NCBI GenBank assembly: GCA_951406725.2
Contig: OX597817.1
Location: forward strand, 75,764,001 to 75,828,000
From: Octopus vulgaris
Taxonomy: Eukaryota
Reading direction: 5' to 3'
Length of the DNA stretch: 64,000 bases
Shown here one piece after another: positions 1 through 13,995 of the stretch (position 1 is the first letter of the stretch; each line of letters opens with the position of its first letter). Both the position numbers and the translations under genes were made by a program. The notes under the pieces were generated by a model, which made no database searches, was not told the origin of the DNA, and saw only the letters and a list, made by a program, of their open reading frames with translations.

Positions 1-159
1 TATGAATTGTCATGGAGGTTATGGCCCCTATGCTTAGAATATAATTTCCAAATTTCATAAAGATCGATTCAGTACTTTTGACCTAGTTTTGGATCATAAA
101 AGAAATGACTAAAATATGGGAGTTAAGGCTCCCATTAGGGTGTTATATATATACATATA

Positions 160-190
<31 letters not shown>

Positions 191-191
191 A

Positions 192-224
<33 letters not shown>

Positions 225-619
225 GATAAATTGATAAATACAACTGAGTGGGCAAACAAAAATATGGGACACAGCCTAGTGCTTTTTTATGTTGATAAGC
301 CTAGTACTTATTCTATTAGTTTGTTCTTGTGAAACCAGTAAGTTTTGTGGATGTAAATAAATGAACAGCAGTTCTGAAGCAGTGATGAGGGCGAAGCACA
401 GACACAAAGACACACACATACACTTATATATATACATATATATACGATTGACTTGTTTCAGTTCCTGTCTACGAAATCCATATATATTGTTGTTGGCATA
501 CTTTTTGTCTCGGGAGACAATGGAGTTGCGCATAAAATAATCTAGTCCGGCTTTTACATTTCATGTCCTAATACATCTCCTGCCTAATACACTGGTCGCC
601 ATGATAGACCGTTAGACAC

Positions 620-781
620 TACACACATCTTTTTCTCTCCTTGTTTTTTCTGTGTCCCTTTCTGTAGAAGAACGTAGGTTCGAAACGTAAAAGATGTTTC
701 TATTCCTGAGCGTTGTACTGATACATCTGTTTGTTTTGTACACCACCTGTCTTCGTCTTTTAGTTTTTCGTAAACTCTCCC
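620..781 (+). mobile_element. Short non-coding repeat (family H1) carrying a minimal hammerhead-like motif and ending at (TA)n
   Basis: Homologous to 31770-31950(-) and 10958-11052(-), sharing the cctgagcg...tgtcttcgtcttttgttt segment. Abuts a TA microsatellite at 782. Confidence 0.7.
658..693 (+). ncRNA. Minimal type I hammerhead-like motif (variant core CUGUAGA plus an extra A)
   Basis: cttt-CTGTAGA-a-GAAC gtag GTTC-GAAA-cg-TA-aaag: helix I cttt/aaag, helix II GAAC/GTTC, palindromic ACGT helix III. Confidence 0.6.
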
Positions 782-2438
<1,657 letters not shown>

Positions 2439-2542
2439 GTTTGTCGGGTTCGTTCTGCGTCTGCGCAGTGATCTGATTAGTTAGAAAGAGCAAATTATTA
2501 GACGCACATGTATCTATCGAGTTGCGCTTCATAATAACAGGA

Positions 2543-2617
2543 ATCTTACTGAAGAGCCTACCTGAGTAAATAAATATTATTTTTATTGCTGAACAAGGCG
2601 AAACTGCAGTCTAAGAT
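2543..2617 (+). ncRNA. Type I hammerhead ribozyme with intact core, predicted cleavage after GUC at 2611
   Basis: atctta-CTGAAGA-GCCT(36 nt)AGGC-GAAA-CTGCAG-TC-taagat: 6-bp helix I, 4-bp helix II base, palindromic ACTGCAGT helix III. Lies in a ~350-bp island (2439-2786) flanked by (TA)n on both sides. Confidence 0.85.
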
Positions 2618-2782
2618 GAACAGAGTTAGTAAAAGTTTTTATCTTCATTTCAGTAAATTTATCAAGCTTCTGTGTTTCTAGTACATACTTCGCCTTTAAT
2701 CTACTTATATATGAATAATATATGGCCGGTGCTAGAAACACCAGCGATAATAATTAATTTTATTTTATCGCATTTTGAATTT

Positions 2783-2818
<36 letters not shown>

Positions 2819-2963
2819 TTTATATATATATATATATTGATCGATATATATATATACTCGTACTTGTATATGTATGTGTATATATATCATGTGTACAGCA
2901 TGTATATGATATATATAATATCAACTTTCGCATCCTTCCTCTCTCTTTCTCTATCTCTCACTA

Positions 2964-2996
<33 letters not shown>

Positions 2997-3879
2997 GTAT
3001 ATATGAATAAATATATATATATATATATATATAGTGTGTGTGTATGTGTGCGTGCGAGTCTTTGTGAGTGTGCGTGTTCAAGAGAGCATGGTATAGTATA
3101 AAAATCTATATATTTTTCTCAATTTATTCTATAGCAAGTTATTGTTCATGTGGAATAACATGAAAATAAGCAAATAAGTAATAATTACAAAAATGATCAT
3201 GAAAAAAATATGTTTTGCATCTACAAATGTATTTCATGATAACATGTGCGTGCTTAATTAATTGAGGATCATGCAGTAATATAAGTAAATAAATAACCAA
3301 AAACAAGCAAAAGAGGTGATAATAATGAAGGTCACATTCTTAGAAAATATATCGTTGACATTCCTTTCAAGAGAGAAATTGACAGTAGTGAACAGTATAT
3401 AGGAACAAATAGAGAAAATAATTTGATGCCTTTTTATCAACTTCCATGCTGAATAATATAAGGATTATTAATAGCTATAAAAAAGATAATCGAATATTCA
3501 AAAGATAAACAAGGTCGTACAAAACGAATGAAACGCTGTTATAAATAGAATGAAGGGTACGTAGAAATGAGAAAGAATATTCTTGCAATACGATTAGACG
3601 AACGGAGTAAGAAAATAGAAACTGCGATTTTTCCTTAAAGAAAAAAATTATAAATTATATATATACTGTTACCTTTCCTAAATCCCTTAGTAAACTGTGC
3701 TTTACCATACGGCAGCGGTTACTGAAACAAGGGTCGCGAAGATAAAATATTATTGGAGATATTTGACAAAATATAAAAGGTATTCAGGAATTAGTAGATT
3801 ATCCATCATACGACGACTAAATTTGAAAGAATAACTGCTGCTATCAACAACGATATTAGAAGCTATGTGTATATATACA

Positions 3880-4435
3880 ATAACGAGCAAAACACCCCCC
3901 GTTCAATGGACGGTGCTGAATCATATCTGCTGAATAAAAAGCAATCAGTGTTTTCTTTTCATTAAAAAATAATTAAGCATGCCTTTATTTCGATAAAATT
4001 TTTGGTTTTGGTAAACGAAGCTAAGGCAAAAAAAAAAAAAACTTCTTGAGAAACCAAATAGTCTGTCCTTCCTTCATGCCAAGTTTGAAGAAAATATCTC
4101 TGTTGCATCTTACATTTTTGGTCTCATAAATATACTGCATTTTGTGGCATTATTTCAAGCCAGCCGGCTTTTTTTGCGCAAACTGCACGTGCCAATTTCT
4201 CGCGTACGCGTAGTATCGATCACAACAGCTGATGTACTTTCACGTACAAATGCACGTTCCCACGGCTTTATCGATCGCATCCTCACCTGGAATCGATTTT
4301 TGTAATTTTTTCAAGACTTATACACGCCCTGATACCATCGGTATCTACATTTCAAATTTGAGTGCAATCAGATGGAGGATGCCCGAGATCCTAGCGGACA
4401 CACACACAGACAGACAGAAGGGATTTTATATAATG
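3880..4435 (+). mobile_element. Helitron/HINE-like non-autonomous repeat, copy 1
   Basis: Shares the 5' end (acgagcaaaac...ccgt.caatgga.ggtgct) and ~170 bp of 3' end (ggctttatcgatcgcat...caaatttgag...gagatcc...acagacagacagaagggatt) with 6335-6895. The GACA run near the end resembles DINE-1/Lep1-type elements. Confidence 0.55.
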
Positions 4436-4844
4436 GATTACTATTTAATATTTATGCAATATTGTTGGTTCAATATGATGGCATAAATGCTAATTTTCTG
4501 AAGAAAAATAGTTTACCTCAAAATAGATTTTCTCGTTTTTATGACTTCTGCCATTATTAATCTGGCATTTACTCCTCCTCCTCCCCTGTCTCTATTAATC
4601 GTTTTCTCTGACTGTGTGTATGTGTTCGTAGCGATCGTTCACCCGCTGCCTGCAGCCAAGTCTAGTATGTGCATTCAACCAGCCCCTCTTACGTTATCTC
4701 TCTATGTATCTCTCTTTTATTCTGTCTATGTAAAGCATAACTTGAAAATTCAGCAAACCAAGCAACATTTATGTATGTACGCATGGATGTACGAGTGTAT
4801 GTATGTATGTATGTATATATGTACGTACGTACGTATCTATCTGT

Positions 4845-4848
4845 CTAC

Positions 4849-4938
<90 letters not shown>
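4845..4938. repeat. (ATCT)n microsatellite
   Basis: Direct reading. Confidence 0.95.
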
Positions 4939-5287
4939 CTATCTCTCTCTATTTATCGGTCTCTCTCTCTCTATATATGTATGTATGGATGTCTGTGTGT
5001 GTGTGTGTGTGTGTGCTTGTATTGTAAATCACCCAAGGTTACGCCACAATGTCATATGTTTCCTACAAAAATTCAACTCACATCACATATTACCGCACTA
5101 AAATTGTAGACCTCAAATGGTCCTGCTTTAGTCGAAAAGAAAACAAACATAGATCTCATAATAGTTAACGGTGTTAAGATCAATTCCCCCATGAAATACC
5201 AAAGAACTATTCATATCTGAATACATTTCATTTCGATCAACAACTCATCAGGGAGCATGACCAAAATATAGTCGAAATCTAAGTAGC

Positions 5288-5410
5288 ATACATACATACA
5301 TACATACATACATACATACATACATACATACATACGTACATACATACATACATACAAACATACATACATACATACATACATACATACATACATACATACA
5401 TACATACATA
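5288..5410. repeat. (CATA)n microsatellite
   Basis: Direct reading. Confidence 0.95.
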
Positions 5411-5414
5411 CACA

Positions 5415-5690
5415 TACTTTCTGCCTATATGTCTGTGCACACGTTTCAATGTAATATATGCCAGAAGGTCTGCAAATCTAACGGAGGCCTCAACAGACAT
5501 TTTAAGTTCCACAAGGATCAGAACTTAACTGCTGCTCTTGGTGGTCCAAAATCGTATATGCAATCTATGTGGGTGCCTTTTAAAAGCATTGTCTGGTTTA
5601 AAAAGGCACATCAGATGCCATGATGGTTCTAAGGTATAGGTGCAGGAGGTGGTCAAACTCTGCATTAGGAATAGACAATTACCATATATA
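5415..5690 (+). pseudogene. Frameshifted two-C2H2-finger fragment, most likely the 3' tip of an RTE-clade LINE
   Basis: CNICQKVCKSNGGLNRHFKFH, then after a frameshift CNLCGCLLKALSGLKRHIRCH, a stop and a short 3' UTR. No TGEKP linker. Same finger type as the RTE C-terminus at 8172-8260. Confidence 0.6.
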
Positions 5691-6182
5691 ACACACGCAT
5701 ATATATGCATACAAATATACATACATATACACACACACTCACACACACACACACATATATATATACAAGCATATATACTTACATATACATACATATACAC
5801 ATACATATATACATACAGCAGCCATACATACACACACACATAACTACACACAGACACACACACAGACACACACACACACATATATATATAGCCCAAGGCT
5901 ATAGTAGGAGTCACTTGCCCAAGGCGCCACGCAATGGGACTGAACCTAGAACCATATGGTTGAGAAGCAAACTTCTTTTATGTATATATACATATATATA
6001 TTGTGAATGTGCGCGAGCACATGTATACAATATGCATGCCCACATGAATACATACACGTACAAATACACGCACACACATACTCATAGTCAGGTATGCATG
6101 CATATTCTAATAATTACAGTAATAATTTTGCACTTTCTCTTATTGATATGTATGTGTGTGCGTAACCGCTGATGTTTTTGCT

Positions 6183-6279
<97 letters not shown>

Positions 6280-6334
6280 TTACCTCTGTCTGTCAGCCTG
6301 TCTCTCTCTCTCTCTCATATAAAAAAATATATAT

Positions 6335-6891
6335 ATACGAGCAAAACGCTCCCACCCCGTCCAATGGATGGTGCTTAGTTGTCAAACATTTAAACCAAAT
6401 TTTCTCAAAACAACTTGTCCGACCGTCCCATAGGCGTCCCCTTTGAAAAACACTGATTTAACCTAAATCTGAGACACCAGCAAAACAAGAAATAAAGATA
6501 GACTTTTTTCTATTTCAAAGAAAAACGATTTTATTCTCACAAATATGCAACCGAAGAGTTTAAAGTACCAGTAATGATAAGGCTATTGACTGAGAGAACA
6601 CAAACATGGTTTAATCAGTAAGCTTGGCAGGTAAGAAATGTGCCTTTAAGCAGTAGAAAACAACAAAACATGGACGGTGCAGTTATGTACAGGTTGACGG
6701 AAGAAAAGTAGAACAAAAACGGCTTTATCGATCGCATTCTCACCTGGAATCGATTTTTGTAATTTTTCCAAGACTTATACACGGCCTGATACCATCGGTA
6801 TCTACATATCAAATTTGAGCTCAATCGGATGGAGGATGCCCGAGATCCTTGAAGACACGCAGACAGACAGACAGAAGGGATTATATAATTC

Positions 6892-6895
<4 letters not shown>
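6335..6895 (+). mobile_element. Helitron/HINE-like non-autonomous repeat, copy 2
   Basis: Same termini as 3880-4435 with a different interior. Confidence 0.55.
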
Positions 6896-6938
<43 letters not shown>

Positions 6939-7502
6939 AAATATATTTGTACATATTATACACACATACACAAGCGCATATAATGTATTATGTGTCTTTC
7001 GATAATGAACATCGATGGCCAATTTTCGTGTTTAAGTGAAATCAGGAAGAAGGACTTGAATTCTTACCGACAAGAGATGAAAAGTCTGTAAATTTTACAC
7101 CTCGAAACCAATAAAGAAGACATTAAACTTGAATAGATTTGCCCTAAAACGTTCAATAGGACCTCTGTATAGAAGATAATGAATGTTATAAGTAGAAGTG
7201 GACAGAGATACACTTGAACATACTTGATGAGAAATAGGTATAAAGTGTAGAGAGACAGACAAAACACAGATGAGCAGAAATGAAAGAAAGAAGGGTAAGG
7301 AAAACAAAAGGTTAGCTAAGAGACAAACATGGAAAAAGAGGAACCAAATGTTAAATAGCAACTTGACTTCATTTGTAAAGAGCAAAGATGGAATACGAGT
7401 AGATGTCGCTCATGAAACAAAAGGAATTTAGTTAGTTGTGCATTGGTATCTGCTAAAAGCGAAGATACTATTGGATTTATTATCATTAATATAGTCAATG
7501 AA

Positions 7503-7705
7503 GACGGTGAGCTGGCAGAATCGTTAGCACACCGGGCGAAATGCATAGCGGTAACTCATCCATCTTTAAGTTCTGAGTTCAAATTCCACCGAGATCGACG
7601 TTGCTTTTCATCCTTTTGGGGTCGATAAATTAAGTACCAGTAAAACACTGAGGTCGATATAATCGATTTGTCCCCTCTCCCCGTGTGCCTTTAGCAGAAA
7701 AGATC
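7503..7705 (+). mobile_element. SINE family A (Meta/MESC-type central domain)
   Basis: Head ggtgagctggcagaatcgttagcac, B-box-like gagttcaaattcc, domain gcttttcatccttttggggtcgataaattaagtaccag. More than 10 copies in the window. Confidence 0.85.
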
Positions 7706-7751
7706 ATTAATGTATTCAATAATCGTTAATAATCTAAATATATCCTGTTAA

Positions 7752-8082
7752 GTGAAGGCGCGTGGATTAGTGGTTAGAGTATTCGACTCACGATCGTAAG
7801 CTCATGAGTTCGATTCCTACCGGCGCGTTGTGTTCTTGATCATGACACTTTATTTTATATTGACCCAGTCCGCTAAACTGGCAAAAATGAGTAATATCTG
7901 TATTTCAAAGGGTCAGTTTTGTCACATTATGTGTCACATTGAATCTCCTTAAGGACTACATTAAGAGTACACGTAAGGGTACATCTATGGAATGCTCAGC
8001 CACTTTCACATTAATTTCACGAGCTGGCTGTTCCGTTGATTGGATCAACTGGAACACTCGCCGTCTTAGCTGAGGGAGTGCT
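7752..8082 (+). mobile_element. SINE family C (tRNA-derived head)
   Basis: A box tggattagtgg, B box gagttcgattcc. The body matches 28835-29100(+) and 31985-32190(-). Confidence 0.8.
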
Positions 8083-8129
8083 AATTTATATTTCGTTATG
8101 GTACATATGAAATGTAATATCACGTAAAT

Positions 8130-9256
8130 GTAATAATGTTCGTCCTTCGGGTTCGAAGACGACCATTGACATCATTTGGTGGAGTTGCTGCTATGATACC
8201 GGAGGTGGCTGGTGAGGCCAATCCGGGCAAGAAAGCCCCTCCCACAAGTGGGGCAGAAGTGGGTAGGGGCTGTGCTATTGGTGCAGGTGGCTCTGGCTAT
8301 CCGCATCTGGCGTTTCTGTTCTATTGACTGAATCCGTCTCTCCTCGGCTGTCTTTGCTCCTGTGGTGATTGCGCTGCGCCAGGATGAGTGGTCGGCAGCA
8401 AGTGTCTCCCAAGTCTCTGTGCCGATGGAGAAGTCTTTGAGAGAGACTTTGAGACTGTCCTTGAAGCGCTTCTTCTGGCCTCCGACTTTGTGTTTGCCCT
8501 GGCTGAGTTCACCGTAGAAGAACTGTTTTGGGATGCGAGTGTCGGACATGCGGGAAACATAGCCTGCCCATCTCAGCTGGGCCTTGCGCATGATCGTGAT
8601 GGTGCTAGGGAGATCTGCCTGCTTCAGAACTTCCGTGTCTGGGACTTTGTCCTACCAGCGGATGTGAAGGAGGTTCCGAAGATACCTGAGATGGAAGTGG
8701 TTTATCTGGCGCTCGTGCCTTCGGTAAGCAGTCCACATCTCGCAGCCGTATAGTAGGGTGGTAAGCACGACTGCCCGGTAGACTTTCAGCTTGGTGTTGA
8801 GGCTGATTCCTCTCCGCTCCCAGATTTTCTTTCGCAGTCTCCCAAACGCGCTGCTTGCCTTGGAGATTCTGTTGATGATTTCAGCATCTATGTTGGCATT
8901 GCAGGAGAGAGTGCTACACAGGTAGGTGAAGTTTTCCACCGCTCGTAGGATCCGTCCGTTCACCTTTATCTGAGGCTCATGGTATTGTTTGCCGGGGGCT
9001 GGCTGAAACATCACTTCGGTTTTCTTGGCACTGATGGTGAGACCGAAGTTGTCACAGGCTGATGAGAACCTGTCCATCCCGAGATGCATCTCCTGCTCAT
9101 CGATTGCGTTAAGGGCGCAGTCGTCAGCAAAGAGAAAGTCTCTGACGACTGTCTCCCTCACCTTTGTGACGGCCTGCAATCTTCTGGAGTTGAAAAATTT
9201 CCCGTCCGTTCTGTACTTGATGTCGATACCGGACTTGCAGTTCCTGAAGGCGACGG
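8130..9256 (-). mobile_element. 5'-truncated RTE-BovB-like LINE (RT C-terminal half plus C2H2 finger)
   Basis: DFLFADDCAL, FGLTISAKKTEVM, LRWAGYVSRMSDTRIPKQFFYGEL, CPTCGRGFLARIGLTSHLRYH. One in-frame TAG at 8652-8654. Candidate TSD acgtaaat at 8122-8129 and 9257-9264. Confidence 0.95.
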
Positions 9257-9314
9257 ACGTAAATTTACAAACAAGGATAAACTGGTTTCTGATTTAGATC
9301 AGCTATTTTGACGA

Positions 9315-9376
9315 AGGGGATTAGTCGATGCCATTACTTATACTGGTACAATATGTGTTGGTGTAAAAATGCACGA

Positions 9377-9434
<58 letters not shown>

Positions 9435-10110
9435 GTTCCTACTGGACGTGCAAGGCTTGAAATTTTGTGGGAGGTGTAAGTCGATTATATCGAGACCATT
9501 GCTCACTTAGTACTTATTTAATCGAGCTCGAAAGGATGAAAAGCAAAGTCGACAAGGCCGAAATTTGAACTCAGAACGTAAAGACGGTCAAAGTGCCGCT
9601 ACGCATTTTTGTCTCACGTGATAACGATTCTCCTAGTTCGCGGCCTTGACGGAAGAGTATGCTATTAGACGCATGTAAATTTTGGTACAAGGCCAGCAAC
9701 TTCAGGGGAGGGGGCTAATCGCTTACATTGACTCCAGTGCTCAACGATGGTAAAGCAATCGAAGGCGGCAAGCTGGCAGAATCATTAGCACACCGGGTAA
9801 AATGCTTGACGGCACTTCGTCCGTCCTTACTACACTGAGTTCAAATTCCGCCGAGGTCGACTTTGCCTTTCATTCTCTCGGGGTCGATAAAATTAGTACA
9901 AGTTGAGCTCTGAGGCCGATGCAATCGACCTACCATTTGCTTGAAATTGCTAGCCTTGTGCCAAAATGTGAAACCAACACTACATGCATCTAATATACTC
10001 GTGCGTAAAGGCGGCGAGCTGGCAGAATCGTTGAGCACTGGGGTGAATGTAAGCGATTAGCCCCCTCCCCTGAAGTTGCTGGCCTTGTACGAACATTTGA
10101 AATCAATATT
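9315..10110. mobile_element. Cluster of SINE family A copies in both orientations
   Basis: Minus copy ~9450-9650, plus copy ~9765-9980, internally deleted copies at 9685-9748 and 10009-10100. Confidence 0.8.
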
Positions 10111-10957
10111 TAAAGCAATCTAGCTGCACATTACAGAATCTCTTGAGCAGAAAGCATTACTGTACATGAAATGTTAGCATTGCAGTTGAATATAAAGCAA
10201 GAAATCACGTCAGTGAAAATATCCTACATGATTACAATAATAAACTATATCAGGGACAAAATTAGCGCGAGAAAAGCTCAATTTCGCATGTAGGACCCGG
10301 AGTCATTTTTTGAGACATAAGTTTTGAAAAAACCCCAGCAAACGTATGTCTTCATCAAATACCTTACTTAATTTTAAAGACATCAAAAGCATGAAAGGAA
10401 AAGCTGACAGGATTTGACATCAGAACGTAAAGAATCGGAGGAAATGCTATTAAGGTATTTTTTCTCCTGACACTCTAGCGATTGTGTCGGCTCACCACCT
10501 TAAAGGGAAGGATAAATAATAATCTTTGTGGCAACAATAGCGGCAACAAATGTTAGAAAATTAATTAAGAGCTGTTAAAGAGACATCGACCGTGTGAGGT
10601 TTAATTGATACATATTATGAAGCGTTTTAATCCTATGTAACTTGACCTGGTGTATTTACATAGTGGAAGTAATTTTAAGCAATTATTTAATTTAAAAATA
10701 CATGTTTAGAGGCAAAATGTCCATAAAACCATAAAAAGCAATGGAAAATTGCCATCATTTTAATCCGCAAGTGTTTCATTTTGTACTTGTATTTATAGTA
10801 CACCCACACACTCCTAAAAACATCTCTCTCTCTCTCTCTCTCTCTCTCCGCAGTTATATATATGTACATATATATATATACGGTATTTGTGTATTCACAT
10901 ATATATTCACCTCTTTCTCTATACATGTATATATGTGTTTACGTATATGTATATATA

Positions 10958-11052
10958 ACGGGAAGGTTTACGAAAATAAACAAAAGACGAAGGTAGGTGG
11001 AGTACAAACAAACAAATGTATTAGTATGGCGCTCAGGAATAGAAATAGAACA
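10958..11052 (-). mobile_element. Family H1 repeat fragment lacking the hammerhead, flanked by (TA)n
   Basis: The reverse complement aligns with ~697-781. Confidence 0.65.
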
Positions 11053-11529
11053 AATATATATATATATATATGCACATACACACACATTCACATACATATA
11101 TATATATATTCAAATATTGGCGGTGCCCCAGCATGACCACAGCTCGTGAGCTGAAACTAGAATCAATCAAATCAATCATATTTAAATATTTATATGCTTA
11201 TACACATATACATATATACATCCACACTCATATATGTTTGTATGTGTGCATGCATCTAAATGTGTGTATGTGAATGTGTATGTGAATACATATAAGTGTG
11301 CTCTGTTGCTGAGTGGATTTATTATCTTCTGAAAGACATACATTGAAACGACGTTAAAAGACTCACACATTTGCAAGAAGTCAACTAAAAATGAATGTTA
11401 TTTATATTCATTGTAAGAGAAGTAAATGAGATTTCGATGGTTTAGCACCAATCTAATTAGGGTTTTAATTTATAAAACCCAGAAAATATGTGTGAATTAA
11501 GAAATACTTCTGAAGAAAGATGGCCGTTA

Positions 11530-12705
11530 AAGGCCATGCTGAGGTTCTGCATTGAAGGGTTAGGTTGAACAAATCGACCCCAGTACTAATTATTTTAAAA
11601 GGTATGGTAGTTATTCTGTTGTTTTCTATTGCCGAAACGCTACGTTATGAGGATGAAACAAACCAACACAGGTTGTCAAACGATGGTGGAAGACAACACA
11701 CGTACACACACACATACGCACACGGACGCACACACATACACACGCACACACACACATACACATAAAGGACGGACTTCTTTCACTTTTTTTCTGCCAAATC
11801 CACTCACAATGCTTTGTTTGGCGCGCGGCTATAATGGAAGGCACTTGCCCAAGGTGCCCCGTAGTAGGACTGAAACCAAGACCACATGAAAAGGAAGCAA
11901 GCTTATTACCACACAACCAACACTGTACTTATGTTCACCAAACGACAAAGACTATATGCGCAGGCCAATTTGGTTCCGGTTTCAGTCCCACTGTGTGACA
12001 CTTTCGGCAAGCGTCTTCTACTATAGCCCCGGGCCGAACAAAGCCTTGTGAATGGATTTGGTTTACGGAAAGCCGGAAACTGAAAGAATCCTATCGAATG
12101 TGTGTGTTTGTCTTTATTTGTCTACCACCACCTCTTGACAACTTGTGTTGGTGTGTTTACGTTCCCGTATGTTAGTGGATCGGCAAAAGAAACTGATAGA
12201 ATAAACACTAGGCTTAAAATATAAGTACTGGGGTCGATTCGTTCGACTAAAACTCTTCAAGGTAGTGCCACAGCATGGCCCCAGTTTAATGACTGGAACA
12301 AGTTAAAGATAAAAGATTGTATTAACATAATTTAAGAAACAGGAAATGTTTGGTCTTCTTAGTTTCATCCAAATTTCTAAAGGAACATTCTTGAGAAGTA
12401 TCACGACTTTAATTACTTTCATAGTGCTAATACATGTTTTTTTTTTGAGAGAGAATGCCAAGATCTTAAATGAAAGCAGAAGATAAGGTTTATCAAATTT
12501 TCACAAAAATTGAAAACTTTGTTTTATGCTATTTTTCTTATTCTTTAAAACGTTGACAGTTGTGACTGTGTTTTAGGAAGTCTGCTTCTCAACCATGTGG
12601 GCTAACGATTAGTCCCACTGCATAACACCTTGGGCAAGTATCTTCTACTATAGACCCGGGCCGATCTAAGCCTTGTGAGCGGATATGGTAAAGAAGCAGG
12701 CTGTA

Positions 12706-12782
<77 letters not shown>

Positions 12783-12852
12783 GTCTATATATCTATCTGT
12801 CTGTCTGTCTGCTTGTCTGCCTGCCTGTCTGCCTGCCTGCCTGCCTGCCTGC

Positions 12853-12884
<32 letters not shown>

Positions 12885-13110
12885 TTCTCTACCTATGTAT
12901 GTATGTACGTATGTATGTATGTATGTATGTGTGTGTGTGTGTCCCACCCTGACAACCTGTGTTGGTTTGTTAAAGTCTTCTGAAAAAATCCCCGATAAAA
13001 CAAGTACCAGACTTTAAAAAAAATCAATACCGTGGATGATTTTTTTTGACCAGACACTTCAAATGGTGCTCTAGCATGACCGCAGTCGAAGAACAGAAGC
13101 AAGTAAAAAA
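11530..13110. mobile_element. Three SINE family B copies (CORE-like, internal microsatellite): ~11530-11930(-), ~11975-12315(+), ~12560-13110(+)
   Basis: Shared ccttgggcaag...aagccttgtga..ggatttgg body and ggggtcgatt..ttcgact...cagcatggcc tail. Confidence 0.8.
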
Positions 13111-13799
13111 TAAGAAGAAAAGATATTCCTAGCCCTAGCACTCAATGACTTCACACGCGTATTAGAAGTTTTTAAATCGAACTAAGTTGTTTATTTAAAG
13201 AATTGCTCCGAGGAATAGTGTTAGAAGTAAATTATTATTATCATTATTTATTATTTATTTTCTTTCTGTTGACACTGGATACTAACTGGTTATAACATTA
13301 GGTAATATCGACACCCACTAAGAATAACACATTAACACATTGTTATTCATTAACATAACCAGTCCAGACAATTATCACTGCATGAAAACACATTACCAGC
13401 TATTTGGTGAAATAGTTATTATTGATAATCCTGATTGTGAAAATAATTTTATGATGTAATAAAAATTATCACCAATTGGATAGCTTACGAGGAGGTCAGC
13501 TTTTAGGAAATCCTTACATTCTCTCAAACCTTAGAGTGGAATCTTGTAATAGAAATGGTTAGTTTACAGGAAAAGATGCCTTTATAATCGTTGTCATTAA
13601 ACTAATACGCTAATTCGGAATAATTAGATGGAAAGGAAATTGCTTGGAATGGCAGCTCTTAGTCACGATGTTAATGTGGAAACGAAGCAGGTAATGATTT
13701 GGAAAGAATGTGTAACAAAATTACTTGCATGGCTATAATAAAGTTAAAAGCAAGTAGGGACGAATATAATTTACATGTATCTCTAACACCAAATAAGGG

Positions 13800-13995
13800 A
13801 ATAGATTCTTAATTCCTTTGGAGCATAGGGCACCGACAAGAGAATTCCATCACTCCTGATCTTGGTAATGGGTTGTAGATGTCCCCAGGTGTAGCTGCCT
13901 GCCAGTGCTTCAATTTTTATGGACCTTCACCATATCACATTTTCGTTTTCCTTGGGGTGTCCATAATAGGGTTTAGCATTTAATGTTGGAAACAA
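13800..13995 (-). mobile_element. Degraded 3' end of an RTE-X-like LINE
   Basis: Frameshifted translation LLWTPQGKRK...QDQE*WNSLVGALCSKG matches the RTE C-terminal pattern W.P.GKR...DR..W...V.ALC. Confidence 0.65.

Noticed and set aside
3300-3640. Very old CR1/Zenon-like relics here (minus) and at ~46080-46400 (plus)
   Set aside because: Motif resemblance is too weak to support by eye.
5222-5256. Minus-strand CTGATGAG...CGAAA hammerhead core
   Set aside because: The core words are present but helix I does not pair and helices II and III are marginal.
5429-5638. Host C2H2 zinc-finger gene exon
   Set aside because: Frameshifted, no TGEKP linkers and no clear splice sites. Finger type and short 3' UTR fit an RTE LINE tip.
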